Translations under genes and position numbers: made by a program
Notes under the pieces: generated by a model
The model's input: the letters and a program-made list of their open reading frames with translations, nothing else
Databases searched by the model: none
What the model was told of the DNA's origin: nothing
Part shown: piece by piece, positions 52,858 to 52,949 of the stretch
How the letters are laid out: each line of letters begins with the position of its first letter
Position numbering within the stretch: position 1 is the stretch's first letter
Virus record (IMG/VR): IMGVR_UViG_3300006119_000827
Location: 1 to 52,949 of that record
DNA from: a virus
Taxonomy: Duplodnaviria > Caudoviricetes
Strand: one strand, 5' to 3'
DNA length: 52,949 nucleotides

Positions 52858-52949
52858 GTAACCGTGCCGTGCCTAGCCTATGCCGTGCCTGCTAGTATCC
52901 GCCCTAACCCGGCGCAGAACGCGAGTGAGTAACCGTGCCGTGCCGTGCC
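52858..52949 (+). repeat. GTAACCGTGCCGTGCC direct repeat pair and CCGTG pentamer runs
   Basis: Copies at 52858-52873 and 52929-52944; the run reaches the window end. Confidence 0.8.

Larger units (their letters stand above)
1..52949. mobile_element. temperate dsDNA bacteriophage genome segment (podovirus-like)
   Basis: Replication, head, short-tail/ejection, lysis, terminase and integration modules are present; no tape-measure or sheath gene and no host genes seen. Confidence 0.93.

Overview
The window is almost entirely one GC-rich temperate dsDNA phage with a podovirus-like virion module; I see no host genes. The host is probably an alphaproteobacterium, inferred from a GcrA-like HTH and the NrdB type. 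The + strand arm (1-18630) carries early and replication genes: a DUF2201 peptidase-VWA protein, DUF3310, family A DNA polymerase, dCMP deaminase, ThyX, a Cas4-like nuclease, VRR-NUC, an SNF2 helicase and a DUF927 primase-helicase. The - strand arm (18632-46815) is the virion/lysis operon: portal, scaffold, capsid, adaptors, fibres, holin-like proteins, GH24 lysozyme, tail protein, GNAT, three ejection proteins (one a 2307-aa polyvalent protein), EndoVII and HNH. Next come divergent terminase genes, a lone nrdB, an excisionase, a tyrosine integrase and an apparently intact attP-like region. The standout unexplained signal is an interrupted palindrome, TTACC-N5/6-GGTAA. By hand I count 37 perfect and 15 near-perfect copies, about one per kb and unusually evenly spaced. 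Copies sit inside coding sequences, and a subclass overlaps ribosome-binding sites and stop codons at gene junctions. All product calls rest on motif recognition and gene position, not database searches, and counts are manual.
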